Part shown: positions 29,701 through 39,460 of the stretch, one piece after another
Layout of the letters: every line of letters starts with the position of its first letter
How positions within the stretch are numbered: position 1 is the first letter of the stretch
Source of the DNA: a virus
Lineage: Duplodnaviria; Caudoviricetes
Direction: 5' to 3' (one strand)
Length of the DNA: 50,014 nt
IMG/VR virus record: IMGVR_UViG_3300037044_000250
Span: 1-50,014 of that record
Position numbers and translations under genes: made by a program
The notes under the pieces: generated by a model
Databases searched by the model: none
What the model saw: only the letters and a program-made list of their open reading frames with translations
What the model was told of the DNA's origin: nothing

Positions 29701-32700
29701 AAGCCGGGGAGCGGCTAGGCGACAACCTGTGTGACGCATCCATTCAAAACGCGGAAGGTAAGGGGTTGGGATGGCCACTGTTTCGACGTTTAGTGCTGCC
29801 GTAACGCACCTCAAAAAACCGGGGAGCGTTACGGAGATGACCTATCGGGGAACGCCAAGAAGAACAGCCGCCAGGCCCACGGCCTACGCGCACCCCAAAC
29901 TGCCGGGGAGCGCTTCGGCTGTGCAGTGAAGCCGGTCACTTCGCAAGGGCCTACGTGACCGGCTTCAAATCAGCGATCAGGGTACGCCACAGAAAAACAA
30001 AAGCAGAATGCCATGTTTCGTGATGAACGGCGCTCCCGAAAAGCACGGGAGCGCCTAGAAGACGACCTCTTGAATCTGGACAGAAAAGCAAAAAGACGTT
30101 GGGCCAAGTTCGGTGTTGACCGCCGCTCCCCAAAAAGCCGGGGAGCGGCTATGCGGCGACCTTTTCAGTTTGGGCAGAAAAGAAATATGGAGTCGCCGGT
30201 CACTCCGCTCCGCTACGTGACCGGCTTCAACATCATATGATAAAAAGCCGCAGAGCCACTGCCAGGTGCCGACCGGCGTGGCCGGACAAAAATCTGCCCG
30301 GCCACACCTCGACCTCTTTGGGCGAAATGCATTCATTCAAAGCGCCAGGAGTCGCGCGGCCTATGCAAAATTGTAATGGTTTTGCTGAGGCCGTGCTCCG
30401 TCATTATTTGATAAAAGCAACAGAACAAGGAAGTCGGGCGGCCACATCGCAATTGAAATGGTTGCTCAGCGGCCGCCCTCCATCCGTATCTGATAATGCC
30501 CACCCACCACCCACAGTGGATGGCGCGGCAGCCGGGGCGGACGCTCCGCGCTGAAAATGCTGCCTCCGCACCCGCCCCGACAGCCGCTGAACCAATTTGA
30601 TAAAAGCAAGAGCTGTCCGGACGTTGGGTGCATGTGGTCCGGTCCCGAAAAGCACGGGACCGGACCACAGACAACCTATTGTGGAGCGCGAACAAAATAA
30701 ACTGCCACACTTTGGACGGCCTCCGCGCTCCCTGACGGGAGCGCTCCGGCGACAACCTTTTCAACTTGAACAGAAAAGCAAACAAAGAGGCGCCGGACAC
30801 TCCGCTGCGCTACGTGACCGGCTTCAACATTATTTGATAAAAAGCCGCCATACCACGTTCGGGGTTGGCCGCCGCTCCCTGCAAGGGCCAGGGAGCGGCT
30901 ATGTGACGACCTGTATGACGCATCCATTCAAAACGCGAAAGAAAGGGCTATCATGGCCATTGTTTGGACGTCCAGTGCTGCCATAACGCACCCCAAAAAG
31001 CCGGGGAGCGTTACGGAGGCGAACTATCGGGGTATGCCAAGAAGAACAGCCGTCAGGCCCACGGCCTCCGCGCACCCCAAAAAGCCGGGGAGCGCTTCGG
31101 CGGTGCAGTTCGGCCCGTCACTTCGCAAAGGCCTACGTGACGGGCCTCAAATCAACGATCGGGGGACTCCAAGAAAAAGCCGCACTTTGCACGTCATGTG
31201 CCGGCGTACCGCTCCCCAAACAGCCGGGGAGCGGTACGCAATCGACCTTTCGGATCAAGAAAAAAACCGTAAAGTGCCACGTTCGGTGCTAACCGGCGCT
31301 CCCTGCAAAAGCCAGGGAGCGCCTAGGCGAGTTTCTGTATGACGCCACGGAAGAAGAGGACGAAAAGTCAAACAGCGGAAAAAAGCATTGATATTTGATG
31401 GTGGCAGTCTGGACGTGGGGGAACAGGCGGCGCGCTTCTTGCAAAAACCGCAAGAAGCGCGCCGCTGGAAGCATGGTGAAAGTCGGGAAGATCTGCTGGC
31501 GGATAAAAAGTCAGTTTAATCCCCCGCCTGTTGATATGGCCCGCATGAACTTTTGTGAGTTGCGGCCGGCCGCATAATGCCTTGGGGCAAGTCGCTCCGT
31601 TCGGCACGGCTGATAAGAGCTCTTATCAGCCGTGGCTTTTTGTCATGCAGGCTGCAAAAAAACAGCAGCCTGCCCGCCAAAAACCTCCCCTCACTCCGCT
31701 AGACATAACACGCATTATGTCTCCTTGCCCCAAGGCATTATGCGGCCTCTTTCCCACTCCGCACTATCTTTCTACCGGCCCGACCGGCCGCCCCCAGGGG
31801 CTATTAGCGGAATTCTGCCTTTAAAAGGATAAAAGCATTTGATATTTGATAGTGGCATCTGAACATGAGCGCAGGTGTCACGCCCCTTGCAAAAACCGCA
31901 AGGGGCGCGCCGCTTGCCGCGCTTTGTGTAGTGGCACGGAAAAACAAAAGCAAAAGATTGTTGCAGATCGTTCAGATGCTCTGGTTCGTAATGGCTTTTT
32001 CCGCCACTAGCGCCCCCGCGCGGGTATTATGGTTCTGGATGTGGATATGGATCAGGTGGTGGTAGTGGCGTTACACGTTACGGATCTATGTATTATGGCT
32101 ATACAGCAAAATGAGACGGGCGTTTCGGCAGGGCAAAAAGCGCGCCCTGCCGTCGGGTGTCTTCCGGCTCCGCTTCGCTCCGGTACTGCCGGTCAAGATC
32201 GTGCAAAAATCGACTTATAGAGCGCGGCAGGACTTCCCTCCAGCCCCCCTAACGCTCGCGGTCCGGTGGCCGCTATCAGCTTCGTGCCCGCGCTTCACGT
32301 GACCAGGACGTACGGTGTGCTGCTTCCGCCTCCCGTTCCGGCAGGCCTTCACGGGAGACGGAAGCAGTGGCACTATCCGGATGGTCCCTGACATAACTGC
32401 CTCCCGCCGGGTAAAAAAAACCCCGGCGGTAAGACCTGGCATCCGGTGTGTTGCAGAAGTCTCCCGTTCAGCAAGCTTTCACGGGAGACTTCTGCAATGG
32501 CACTATCGGGGAAGCTCGACGTAAACTGCCTCCCGCCGGGAGAAAAGCACCCGACGGTAAGACCGAAACGTGCCGTGCCGTGCAGCCGGTCACTTCGCAA
32601 GGGCCTGCGTGACCGGCTGCAAGTCCACTATCGGGGAATGCCACGGAAAAACAAAAGCCGCATGCCATGTTTCGTGCAGACCGGCGCTCCCTGCAAGGGC

Positions 32701-34390
32701 CAGGGAGCGGCTAGACGACGACCTTTTCAACTTGGACGAAAAAACAAAAGCCGCTGGGTCACTGGCGGTGCCGACCGGCGCGGCCGGACAAAAATCTGCC
32801 CAGCCGTATCTCGACAAATTTAAGGAAAGTGCATTCATTCAAAGCGCCAGGAGTCGCGCGGCCTATGCAAAATTGCAATGGTTTTGCTGAGGCCGCGCTC
32901 CGTCCTTATCTGATAATGCCCACCACACCACCCACAGCGGATGGGCGCGGCTGCCGGGGCGGACGCTCCGCGGCTGAAAAATACCGCCTCTGCACCCGCC
33001 CCGACATCCGCTGAACAAATTTGATAAAAGCGGGAGCATTCCGGACGTGTGGCGCGGTGCAACCCGGTCACTCCGCAAGAACCTACGTGACCGGGTTGCA
33101 ATCCGACATGGAGTGGTGCGTCGAGAAAAAACCGCAACCGGTCGTTTGGAGCAGCCGAAGCGCTCCCCGAAAAACCGGGGAGCGCTTCGGCGACGACCTT
33201 TCAGGAAACTCGAACGAAAAAACAGAGGTGCAGTCCGACGTTCGTTTCTGGTCGCCGCTCCCCAAAGGGCCGGGGAGCGGCTAGGCGACGACCTGTATGA
33301 CGCATCCATTCAAAACGCGGAAGGAAAGGGGTTAGGATGGCCACTGTTTAGACGTCCAGTGCTGCCGTAACGCACCCCAAAAAGCCGGGGAGCGTTACGG
33401 AGGCGACCTATCGGTGTACGCCAAGAAGAACAGCCGCCAGGCCCACGGCCTCCGCGCACCCCAAACTGCCGGGGAGCGCTCCGGCTGTGCAGTTCAGCCC
33501 GTCACAAAAAACCGTGACGGGCTTCAAGTCCACATGGGGGAAAGGGCGAAAAAAAACAGCCGGACCCTGGGCGTGGGGAACTGGTAGTCCGCTCCCTGCA
33601 AAAGCTACTTGTTCTTGCGAAGCAAGCCAGGGAGCGGACTACAGACGACCTATTGAGGCGCTCAAACGAAAAAACAGCAGACTCCCCAGCCAGGTGCAGA
33701 CCGGCGCTCCCCAAAAAGCTACTTGTTCTTGCGAAGCAAGCCGGGGAGCGCCTAGGCGACGACCTTTTAGGCGCCACGAAAAAGAAAAGGAGGCCGGTCA
33801 CTCCCAAAAAGCGGTCGTGACCGGCCAGCCATAATCAGCGGATAAAAGCATTTAATATTTGATGGCGATATCCCACATGGAGTGCATGGCGTCACGCCCC
33901 TTGCATGAAAACCGCAAGGGTCGCGCCGCTGGGAGCAGGTTGAAGGGTGGAAGAACGCTCCAGGACGAAAAGTCAAAAAAGGATAAAAGCATTATTCGAT
34001 ATTGCCCGCCCACCACCCACTGTTGAAAGCAAATAAAACTGAAGACCTCAGGAAAAACCTATCGTGCTCCGGAAACCTCACAAAAGCCCTCGGTATCCGT
34101 CGCATGGGACGAAAAGCCGGAACAGGGAGTCCGGAGGTGAGGAGTGCGGCGCCGATCACCTGTCGGTCATCGGCACCGGTGGACAGGAGGGGAAACGCGA
34201 CGAAATACTTTCAACCGGGGACGGCAAGGGATCGTCTGGACGTTGGGCGGGACGCGAACAGCGGGGCTGTCGGCACGTTTTACTAACAAAGGATTGAATA
34301 AAAAGCGACGAGTAGAGGGCCGGGTGCTGGTGGGACGTGGGAATCTGGTGTCACGCCCCATGCAAAAAGAGCATGGGGCGCGCCACTGGG
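26720..34390. repeat. ~7.7 kb non-coding modular hairpin array with internal segmental duplications
   Basis: About 29 CGCTCCC-loop-GGGAGCG type hairpins, about 14 CCGGTCAC...GTGACCGG, 8 CCCTTGC-A(n)-GCAAGGG, 4 identical 38-mers; no credible ORFs. Confidence 0.9.
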
Positions 34391-34610
34391 CAGTTGAAGC
34401 AAAAGCGGGAGGGTGATCCATGAAATAAACAAGGAAAGAAAAAACGTTTTTAAAAAATGACAAAAAACTGATAGCTGCCGGGGCTGCAGCGTTCAATACC
34501 TGAAGTAAGGAAACATGAAAAAGGAAAAAACAGATGAACCCAAATATGTGACAAAATAATGGAAGGGATTTTCATTTGTGTTCTTATATAAAAATATATA
34601 TAATTAAATA

Positions 34611-34982
34611 ATGGATGAGGCAGAACTTAAAGAACTTGAATGGATCGGATCAGCCCGTAAGGATTTACTGGCTTTGCCGCTTCCTGTTCGCCGTGCCTTT
34701 GGATATGCGCTTTATGCCGTTCAATTGGGTGTGAAGCCGCCGGAAGCAAAGCCGCTTAAGGGCTTTGGAGGTGCGGGAGTTTTAGAACTGATCGAGGATT
34801 TTAAGGGCGACACATACCGTGCCGTTTACACCGTTCGGTTTGCTGCCAAGGTTTATGTTCTGCATGTGTTTCAGAAAAAGGCAAAACACGGTATTGCAAC
34901 ACCAGATCATGAATTAGACTTGATCCGAAAACGGTTAAAGCGAGCCGAGATACTTTATTTCGGCAAGAGCAAGGAGACCTGA
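34611..34982 (+). CDS. RelE/HigB-like toxin (phage Gp49/DUF891 family)
   Basis: WIGSARKDL, KPLKGFGGAGVLEL, YRAVYTV, VYVLHVFQKK. Confidence 0.9.
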   Translation: MDEAELKELEWIGSARKDLLALPLPVRRAFGYALYAVQLGVKPPEAKPLKGFGGAGVLELIEDFKGDTYRAVYTVRFAAKVYVLHVFQKKAKHGIATPDHELDLIRKRLKRAEILYFGKSKET

Positions 34983-34984
34983 AT

Positions 34985-35320
34985 ATGAAAAAAGATTATG
35001 AAAAAAGCAGTGGGAATGTGTTTGCCGATTTGGGGTTTCCAGATTCCGAACAGGAACTTGTTAAGGCTAAATTGACGGTGCAGATTTATCGTCTGCTGAA
35101 AGACCGGGATTTAAACCAAACCGAGGCTGCGAAATTGTTGGGGACCACACAGGCGCAGGTGTCATCTCTTATGCGGTGTCGTCCAGTTTCGGTATCAGTA
35201 GGCCGTCTGATGGAATTTTTAACGATACTCGGGCAGGATGTTGAGGTTACCGTTAAACCGGCTTCACGTTGCAGCAAAGGGCAGCATGGGCTTATGTCTG
35301 TAAATGTGCATCAAGTCTGA
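34985..35320 (+). CDS. XRE-HTH antitoxin (HigA-like)
   Basis: SSGNVFADLG, LNQTEAAKLLGTTQAQVSSL, RLMEFLTILGQDVEV. Confidence 0.9.
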   Translation: MKKDYEKSSGNVFADLGFPDSEQELVKAKLTVQIYRLLKDRDLNQTEAAKLLGTTQAQVSSLMRCRPVSVSVGRLMEFLTILGQDVEVTVKPASRCSKGQHGLMSVNVHQV

Positions 35321-35332
35321 TGAATGATCGAA

Positions 35333-35671
35333 TCAAAGGATCGTTTCGATTCCCTTGCGATGAATTACGGTTAACAGTGCAAGTGCTGCACCGGTTGGAC
35401 GCTTTTTGCCTCGCTCCAGTTGTGACACATAACCGGCCGTTAAATTCAGATAATGAGCAAACACCGCTTGGCTCATGTGAGCTTGCTCACGCATCGCACG
35501 AATGTCTTCACCGGTCAGCGGTTCAGTAACGATTTTTTCTTTCACGCCAAGGTGGCGCAAGGTGATTTTCCCATAATCCGCATCATCCATCAGTCCGATA
35601 TCTCGCATGTCTTTCGCAGTCTCAAGCATCGCTTTTGCCAATCGACTGGGCTTTTTATTTTCCGTTGCCAT
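35333..35671 (-). CDS. XRE-HTH antitoxin
   Basis: IRAMREQAHMSQAVFAHYLN...VSQLERGKKRPTGAALALL. Confidence 0.9.
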   Translation of the reverse strand: MATENKKPSRLAKAMLETAKDMRDIGLMDDADYGKITLRHLGVKEKIVTEPLTGEDIRAMREQAHMSQAVFAHYLNLTAGYVSQLERGKKRPTGAALALLTVIHRKGIETIL

Positions 35672-36035
35672 AGTTTACCTCCTGTAAAAAACCCTTCCCT
35701 ATCGCGTTTTCAAGGTGTTTGTCATCTGCCTCAAGCCAGCCTGCTGCGATTTCCCTCAGCGTTGTCAGTTCATCGTCGTCGATATTTTCGCGTTCGTTTT
35801 TTGCAAAGCCATACAAGAATACCGCCCGATCTCCGGAGCGGTAGGCGATCAGCAGCCGATACCCACCTGAGCGGCCTTGTCCTGTCCGTGCAACCCTCTG
35901 TTTGATAACACCGCCGCCTAAATCAGCATCAACAATCCCATGTTCAGCCCTTTCGATTGCGCCGCATAAGTTGCGATCTCCGATTTGTTCCCGCCGCGCA
36001 AAGCGCACGAACCACTTTGTTTTAAATATCCGCAC
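35655..36035 (-). CDS. RelE/ParE-family toxin (DUF1044-like)
   Basis: FKTKWFVRFARRE, DADLGGGVIKQRVAR, GRSGGYR, FLYGFAKNERENI. Confidence 0.9.
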   Translation of the reverse strand: MRIFKTKWFVRFARREQIGDRNLCGAIERAEHGIVDADLGGGVIKQRVARTGQGRSGGYRLLIAYRSGDRAVFLYGFAKNERENIDDDELTTLREIAAGWLEADDKHLENAIGKGFLQEVNYGNGK

Positions 36036-36055
36036 ACTTCCTCCCCATTTTTTAA

Positions 36056-36084
36056 ACTATAGCACTATAAACTATATATTTCAA
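36056..36084 (-). promoter_or_regulatory. sigma70 promoter of second TA operon
   Basis: TTGAAA-17-TATAGT on the minus strand with overlapping ACTATA repeats (possible operator). Confidence 0.55.
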
Positions 36085-36663
36085 GCTGCCCGGGCTGGGT
36101 ATCTGTTCGGGTCCAGGCGCCCGTGCGCCAGAGGTCTAAGTACATATAAATAAACCAATAACATACTGTTTTTGTTATATAGTTAATAAAAATAAACCTA
36201 TTTTTGGTATATCGTTCATTTTCTTGTACAATAGCTTCATTGCTTATTTTGTGTTATTATAATATTTTATATAACTGATATTATTGCATATATTATATAT
36301 AATATGGCATAAATTGGCATGTAGCTTGCATTTTCTTATGGTGCCTGGGCGTGTTGGCCAGGCGCAACTTTTCACCATAGGGGGGGTCTTATGTCGCTCA
36401 ATTTTTGTATGCCGTCCGTTCATTCGCCGCGCGTTCCCTGCATCATGCTGCCTCCGTTCGATATCCGGTCCGAAGGCACATCTTTCAAACAATTTGTTTA
36501 TCAAGGCGTTAACTCAGGTCAAGCTCCATCTACCACAGATCCTTCTGTTCAGCGCGCCGCGTTGCCCGATGCTCAGCAGTGTTAATTCCCGCAGCGCTCC
36601 CGGGTGGCCTGGGGCGCTTTTTCAATCCGTGCATTTTGCGCGTTTACCTTCAGGAGGTGCCTT

Positions 36664-37050
36664 ATGCAGCTATCTTTTTTTCGCGATTCATTGCCGGCCG
36701 GTTATGTCCGTTTTTATCCAGATATTCCCACGGAAATTTTTCTTGCCTTGGGCGGCGCGCAGGCGCTCGAAAAAGTTGGGGCGCACAATATCCTCAGCAG
36801 CCACAATGCCCTGCAGATCGATCTGTGTGCAGTCAATGGCGTTACCATGATTCATGTCACCCAAAACGTTCACAAGGCATACAATATTTATTTTTATAAC
36901 AGCAAGGGGGCGTGCATGTCGTATGCTTATCATGTCTATCACCGCGAGCTTGCAGGCGTGTTCCGGGCCGGCACCGGGCTGGTTTCTTTCAAGAAAAAAT
37001 ACATCGGCCTCGATCCGGCGGTTTGCTGTGATGAAGCCGCAGCCGCGTAG
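36664..37050 (+). CDS. hypothetical mobile-element protein
   Basis: RBS AGGAGG; IFLALGG...VGAHNI...YNIYF...VY...LAGVFRAGTGL pattern; has its own terminator. Confidence 0.65.
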   Translation: MQLSFFRDSLPAGYVRFYPDIPTEIFLALGGAQALEKVGAHNILSSHNALQIDLCAVNGVTMIHVTQNVHKAYNIYFYNSKGACMSYAYHVYHRELAGVFRAGTGLVSFKKKYIGLDPAVCCDEAAAA

Positions 37051-37065
37051 GTCAGTCTGTCTGTC

Positions 37066-37098
37066 AGCGGCACCCTCTCCAGGGTGCCGCTTTTTTTT
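37066..37098 (+). terminator. rho-independent terminator
   Basis: AGCGGCACCCT-ctcc-AGGGTGCCGCT followed by a T run. Confidence 0.85.
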
Positions 37099-37396
37099 AT
37101 CTATTCAAAATAAGTATAATTATATTCTAAATTAGAATATTGTTTATATGTCAAGCGATTATGGCCTGCGAAGCCGAAGGCGGGGTTCCCCCATTACCTG
37201 TGCATAGATGCCGCGTTCCCCCAGCCCAGTCACAGACGTCAAAACGGTCCTGCATCCCGCGCCTAAAAAATATTAAAAAAACACAACAAAAAGGGCTCCA
37301 ATTTGTATATACAAATTTCACGGCAAGATACTGCATGGGAGCCGGTTTGTTAAAGCAGTATCCTTAAGGGATGGCGACGGTCTTTTGTAGGTGTTT

Positions 37397-37756
37397 TCAT
37401 AACGGTAAATGTATAATAAACATATACACTATTCTGATACATTCGTTTTGGTTTCGCTTGATACGCGTTTCTGCCAGTTGTTTGAGTGCATCAGGTGACA
37501 TCTGCTTTTTCCGGCTGGCATCATAAAGCAGTCGATGGGTAACCGGCTTATCCAACCAACTCGCTGTTTTCCGTCGCCGGATAGAAAGCCCTAATACTTC
37601 TGGGGTCGAGCCCTCGGTCAGGACAGCGCCAACAAGGCACCCCCAGATTTTCTCGACTGTTTCCGATTCGCCATGCTGCCAGGGTCTGATAACCTCAACC
37701 GGAACGCCTTGCGGAAAGGAAAGCATGATTTCATCCAGTTCTTTTCGGTTTATCAT
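37397..37756 (-). CDS. hypothetical phage protein
   Basis: ORF continuing the replication operon; G-rich RBS. Confidence 0.5.
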   Translation of the reverse strand: MINRKELDEIMLSFPQGVPVEVIRPWQHGESETVEKIWGCLVGAVLTEGSTPEVLGLSIRRRKTASWLDKPVTHRLLYDASRKKQMSPDALKQLAETRIKRNQNECIRIVYMFIIHLPL

Positions 37757-37789
37757 AACCCCCCCTTGTCTTTGATTTTCGTGTGGGCA

Positions 37790-38140
37790 TTATTCATCAG
37801 TATCCGGCATGGGGTCGCCATGATACACAGTCCCAAACCAATCAAATTGACTTATCGTTTTATTCGCCGCTTTGAAAATTTCCGCCGAAACTATGTCATA
37901 TTGCTGAACGCATGGTTCAAGCTCAATCGTGCATAAACACGCCTTTGAATCGTAGAAAACTTCTCTGATGTAACTATCAACGCCCAATAAAACAGCCATC
38001 ATTGCAAAGTTTATCAACTCGATCATTTCTGAAGCCTTTTCATACCGGCTGATTACGGAAATTCCGAATGCTACGATTGCACCACAATCGACTTGATGTG
38101 ATTTTTCATCAAAATATTTTTCATGGTTTTTAGGATTCAT
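37790..38140 (-). CDS. hypothetical phage protein
   Basis: ORF immediately downstream of dnaB. Confidence 0.55.
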   Translation of the reverse strand: MNPKNHEKYFDEKSHQVDCGAIVAFGISVISRYEKASEMIELINFAMMAVLLGVDSYIREVFYDSKACLCTIELEPCVQQYDIVSAEIFKAANKTISQFDWFGTVYHGDPMPDTDE

Positions 38141-38149
38141 GGATTTTTA

Positions 38150-39460
38150 TCACTTCCCCCGGTGTAAATTCCGGAATGTTGTTGTTTCAGGATTGAACGC
38201 AACCTTTGCAAAGCCGATAGGCCCGTTGCGATGTTTCGCCACGATAATTTCAGCCATGCCCCTGTTCGGATTTTCGGGCGACTTGTCATAGACTTCATCA
38301 CGGTAGAGAAACAGGCAGATATCGCAATCTTGTTCAATTTGACCACTTTCACGCAGGTCAGACAGTTGTGGCCTTTTGTTGTTCCGTTTTTCCAATTCTC
38401 GGTTTAATTGGCTCAGCGCCAGGACAGGAATGCACAATTCTTTTGCAAGGCCTTTCAGCGCCCTGGAAATGCTTGCAATCTCGGCTTCACGGTTCCCCTT
38501 TGCTGCATCGCCGCGCATCAATTGCAGATAGTCAATAACCACAAGGCGGATTCCGTGCCGCTTATACGCTATCCGCGCCCGCCGTCTGACTTCCGAAAAA
38601 TGGAGCGCCGGACTGTCATCAACGTAAATCGGCAATTCTGACATCTCCCCGGCTGCCCGGTTCAGCCGGTCCCAATCATCGGCATACAGTTTGCCGGTGG
38701 TCAGCCGGGAAAGGTTTATTCTTGCCCGCCCGGATAACGACCGGTCAGACAACTGGTTTTTTGACATTTCAAGGCTGAACACAAGCGCCGGAACGCCGCA
38801 CCGCTCGGCGATGTTCAAGGCAAGAGCGGTTTTGCCCATACTCGGCCTTGCTGCCAAAATTATCAGGTCAGAAGGCTGAAGACCCCCCAGCACCGCGTCA
38901 AGGTCACAAAGGCCCGTAGGAAGGCCGGTAACCCCGCCCTTTGTCGCTGCCAGCTCATAACGGTCAAGGCTCTCGTTCACCAGCTCGCTGATACTGGACG
39001 CTTCACACGCAGCCCCGCCGAAAATTTCGATTGAAAGAATCTTCCGCTGATAGTCGTCAATGATTTCAGTGGCATCGAAGCTGCATGTCTTCATGGCCTT
39101 GATTCCGGCCAATGATGTTTCGATGGTTCTTCGCAGAACGGCATTTTCTTTAATGATCCCGGCAACCCTTGCGATATTGACGGCCATCGGCTCCGCTTCA
39201 AGCTCGGGAATAACAGCCAGGGAAATGCCTTCTCGTTGTAACGCGGTTATCACCTCTGCCATTTCAAGCGGTTTTTCCGGATTACTGGATGCGCATTCCA
39301 TAAAGACTTTGAAAACTTTCCCATTCCTGGACGAATAGAAATCGCCTGGAGAAAGCAGATCACCCGAATCGCTCAAGCTTTGGGGATCGAGTAAACATGC
39401 AGATAACAAACTCAGCTCAGCCGTTTCGTTATGCGGTAATGATTCTGAAATCATGGTCAA
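38150..39460 (-). CDS. dnaB: replicative DNA helicase DnaB (phage-encoded)
   Basis: ILAARPSMGKTALA, FSLEMS, VIDYLQLM, LSQLNRELEKR, DLRESGQIEQD, AKHRNGP. Confidence 0.96.
   Translation of the reverse strand: MTMISESLPHNETAELSLLSACLLDPQSLSDSGDLLSPGDFYSSRNGKVFKVFMECASSNPEKPLEMAEVITALQREGISLAVIPELEAEPMAVNIARVAGIIKENAVLRRTIETSLAGIKAMKTCSFDATEIIDDYQRKILSIEIFGGAACEASSISELVNESLDRYELAATKGGVTGLPTGLCDLDAVLGGLQPSDLIILAARPSMGKTALALNIAERCGVPALVFSLEMSKNQLSDRSLSGRARINLSRLTTGKLYADDWDRLNRAAGEMSELPIYVDDSPALHFSEVRRRARIAYKRHGIRLVVIDYLQLMRGDAAKGNREAEIASISRALKGLAKELCIPVLALSQLNRELEKRNNKRPQLSDLRESGQIEQDCDICLFLYRDEVYDKSPENPNRGMAEIIVAKHRNGPIGFAKVAFNPETTTFRNLHRGK

Noticed and set aside
27420-33520. Integron attC cassette array
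   Set aside because: Bulged hairpins and CTAAC/TTCATTCAA fragments are reminiscent, but paired RYYYAAC...GTTRRRY ends, cassette ORFs and an integrase are not seen
26720-34390. CRISPR array
   Set aside because: No constant 23-50 bp repeat with unique, regular spacers; intervening segments are homologous to each other; no cas genes
26429-34496. Dozens of 60-190 aa ORFs in the array
   Set aside because: Overlapping on both strands, Arg/Pro/Gly/Ala-rich translations of repeats, frames not preserved between duplicated copies, no consistent RBS
26330-34600. tRNA genes or known large phage ncRNAs (GOLLD, ROOL)
   Set aside because: No cloverleaf or T-loop signature recognised and no resemblance I can support by eye; an Rfam search is still needed
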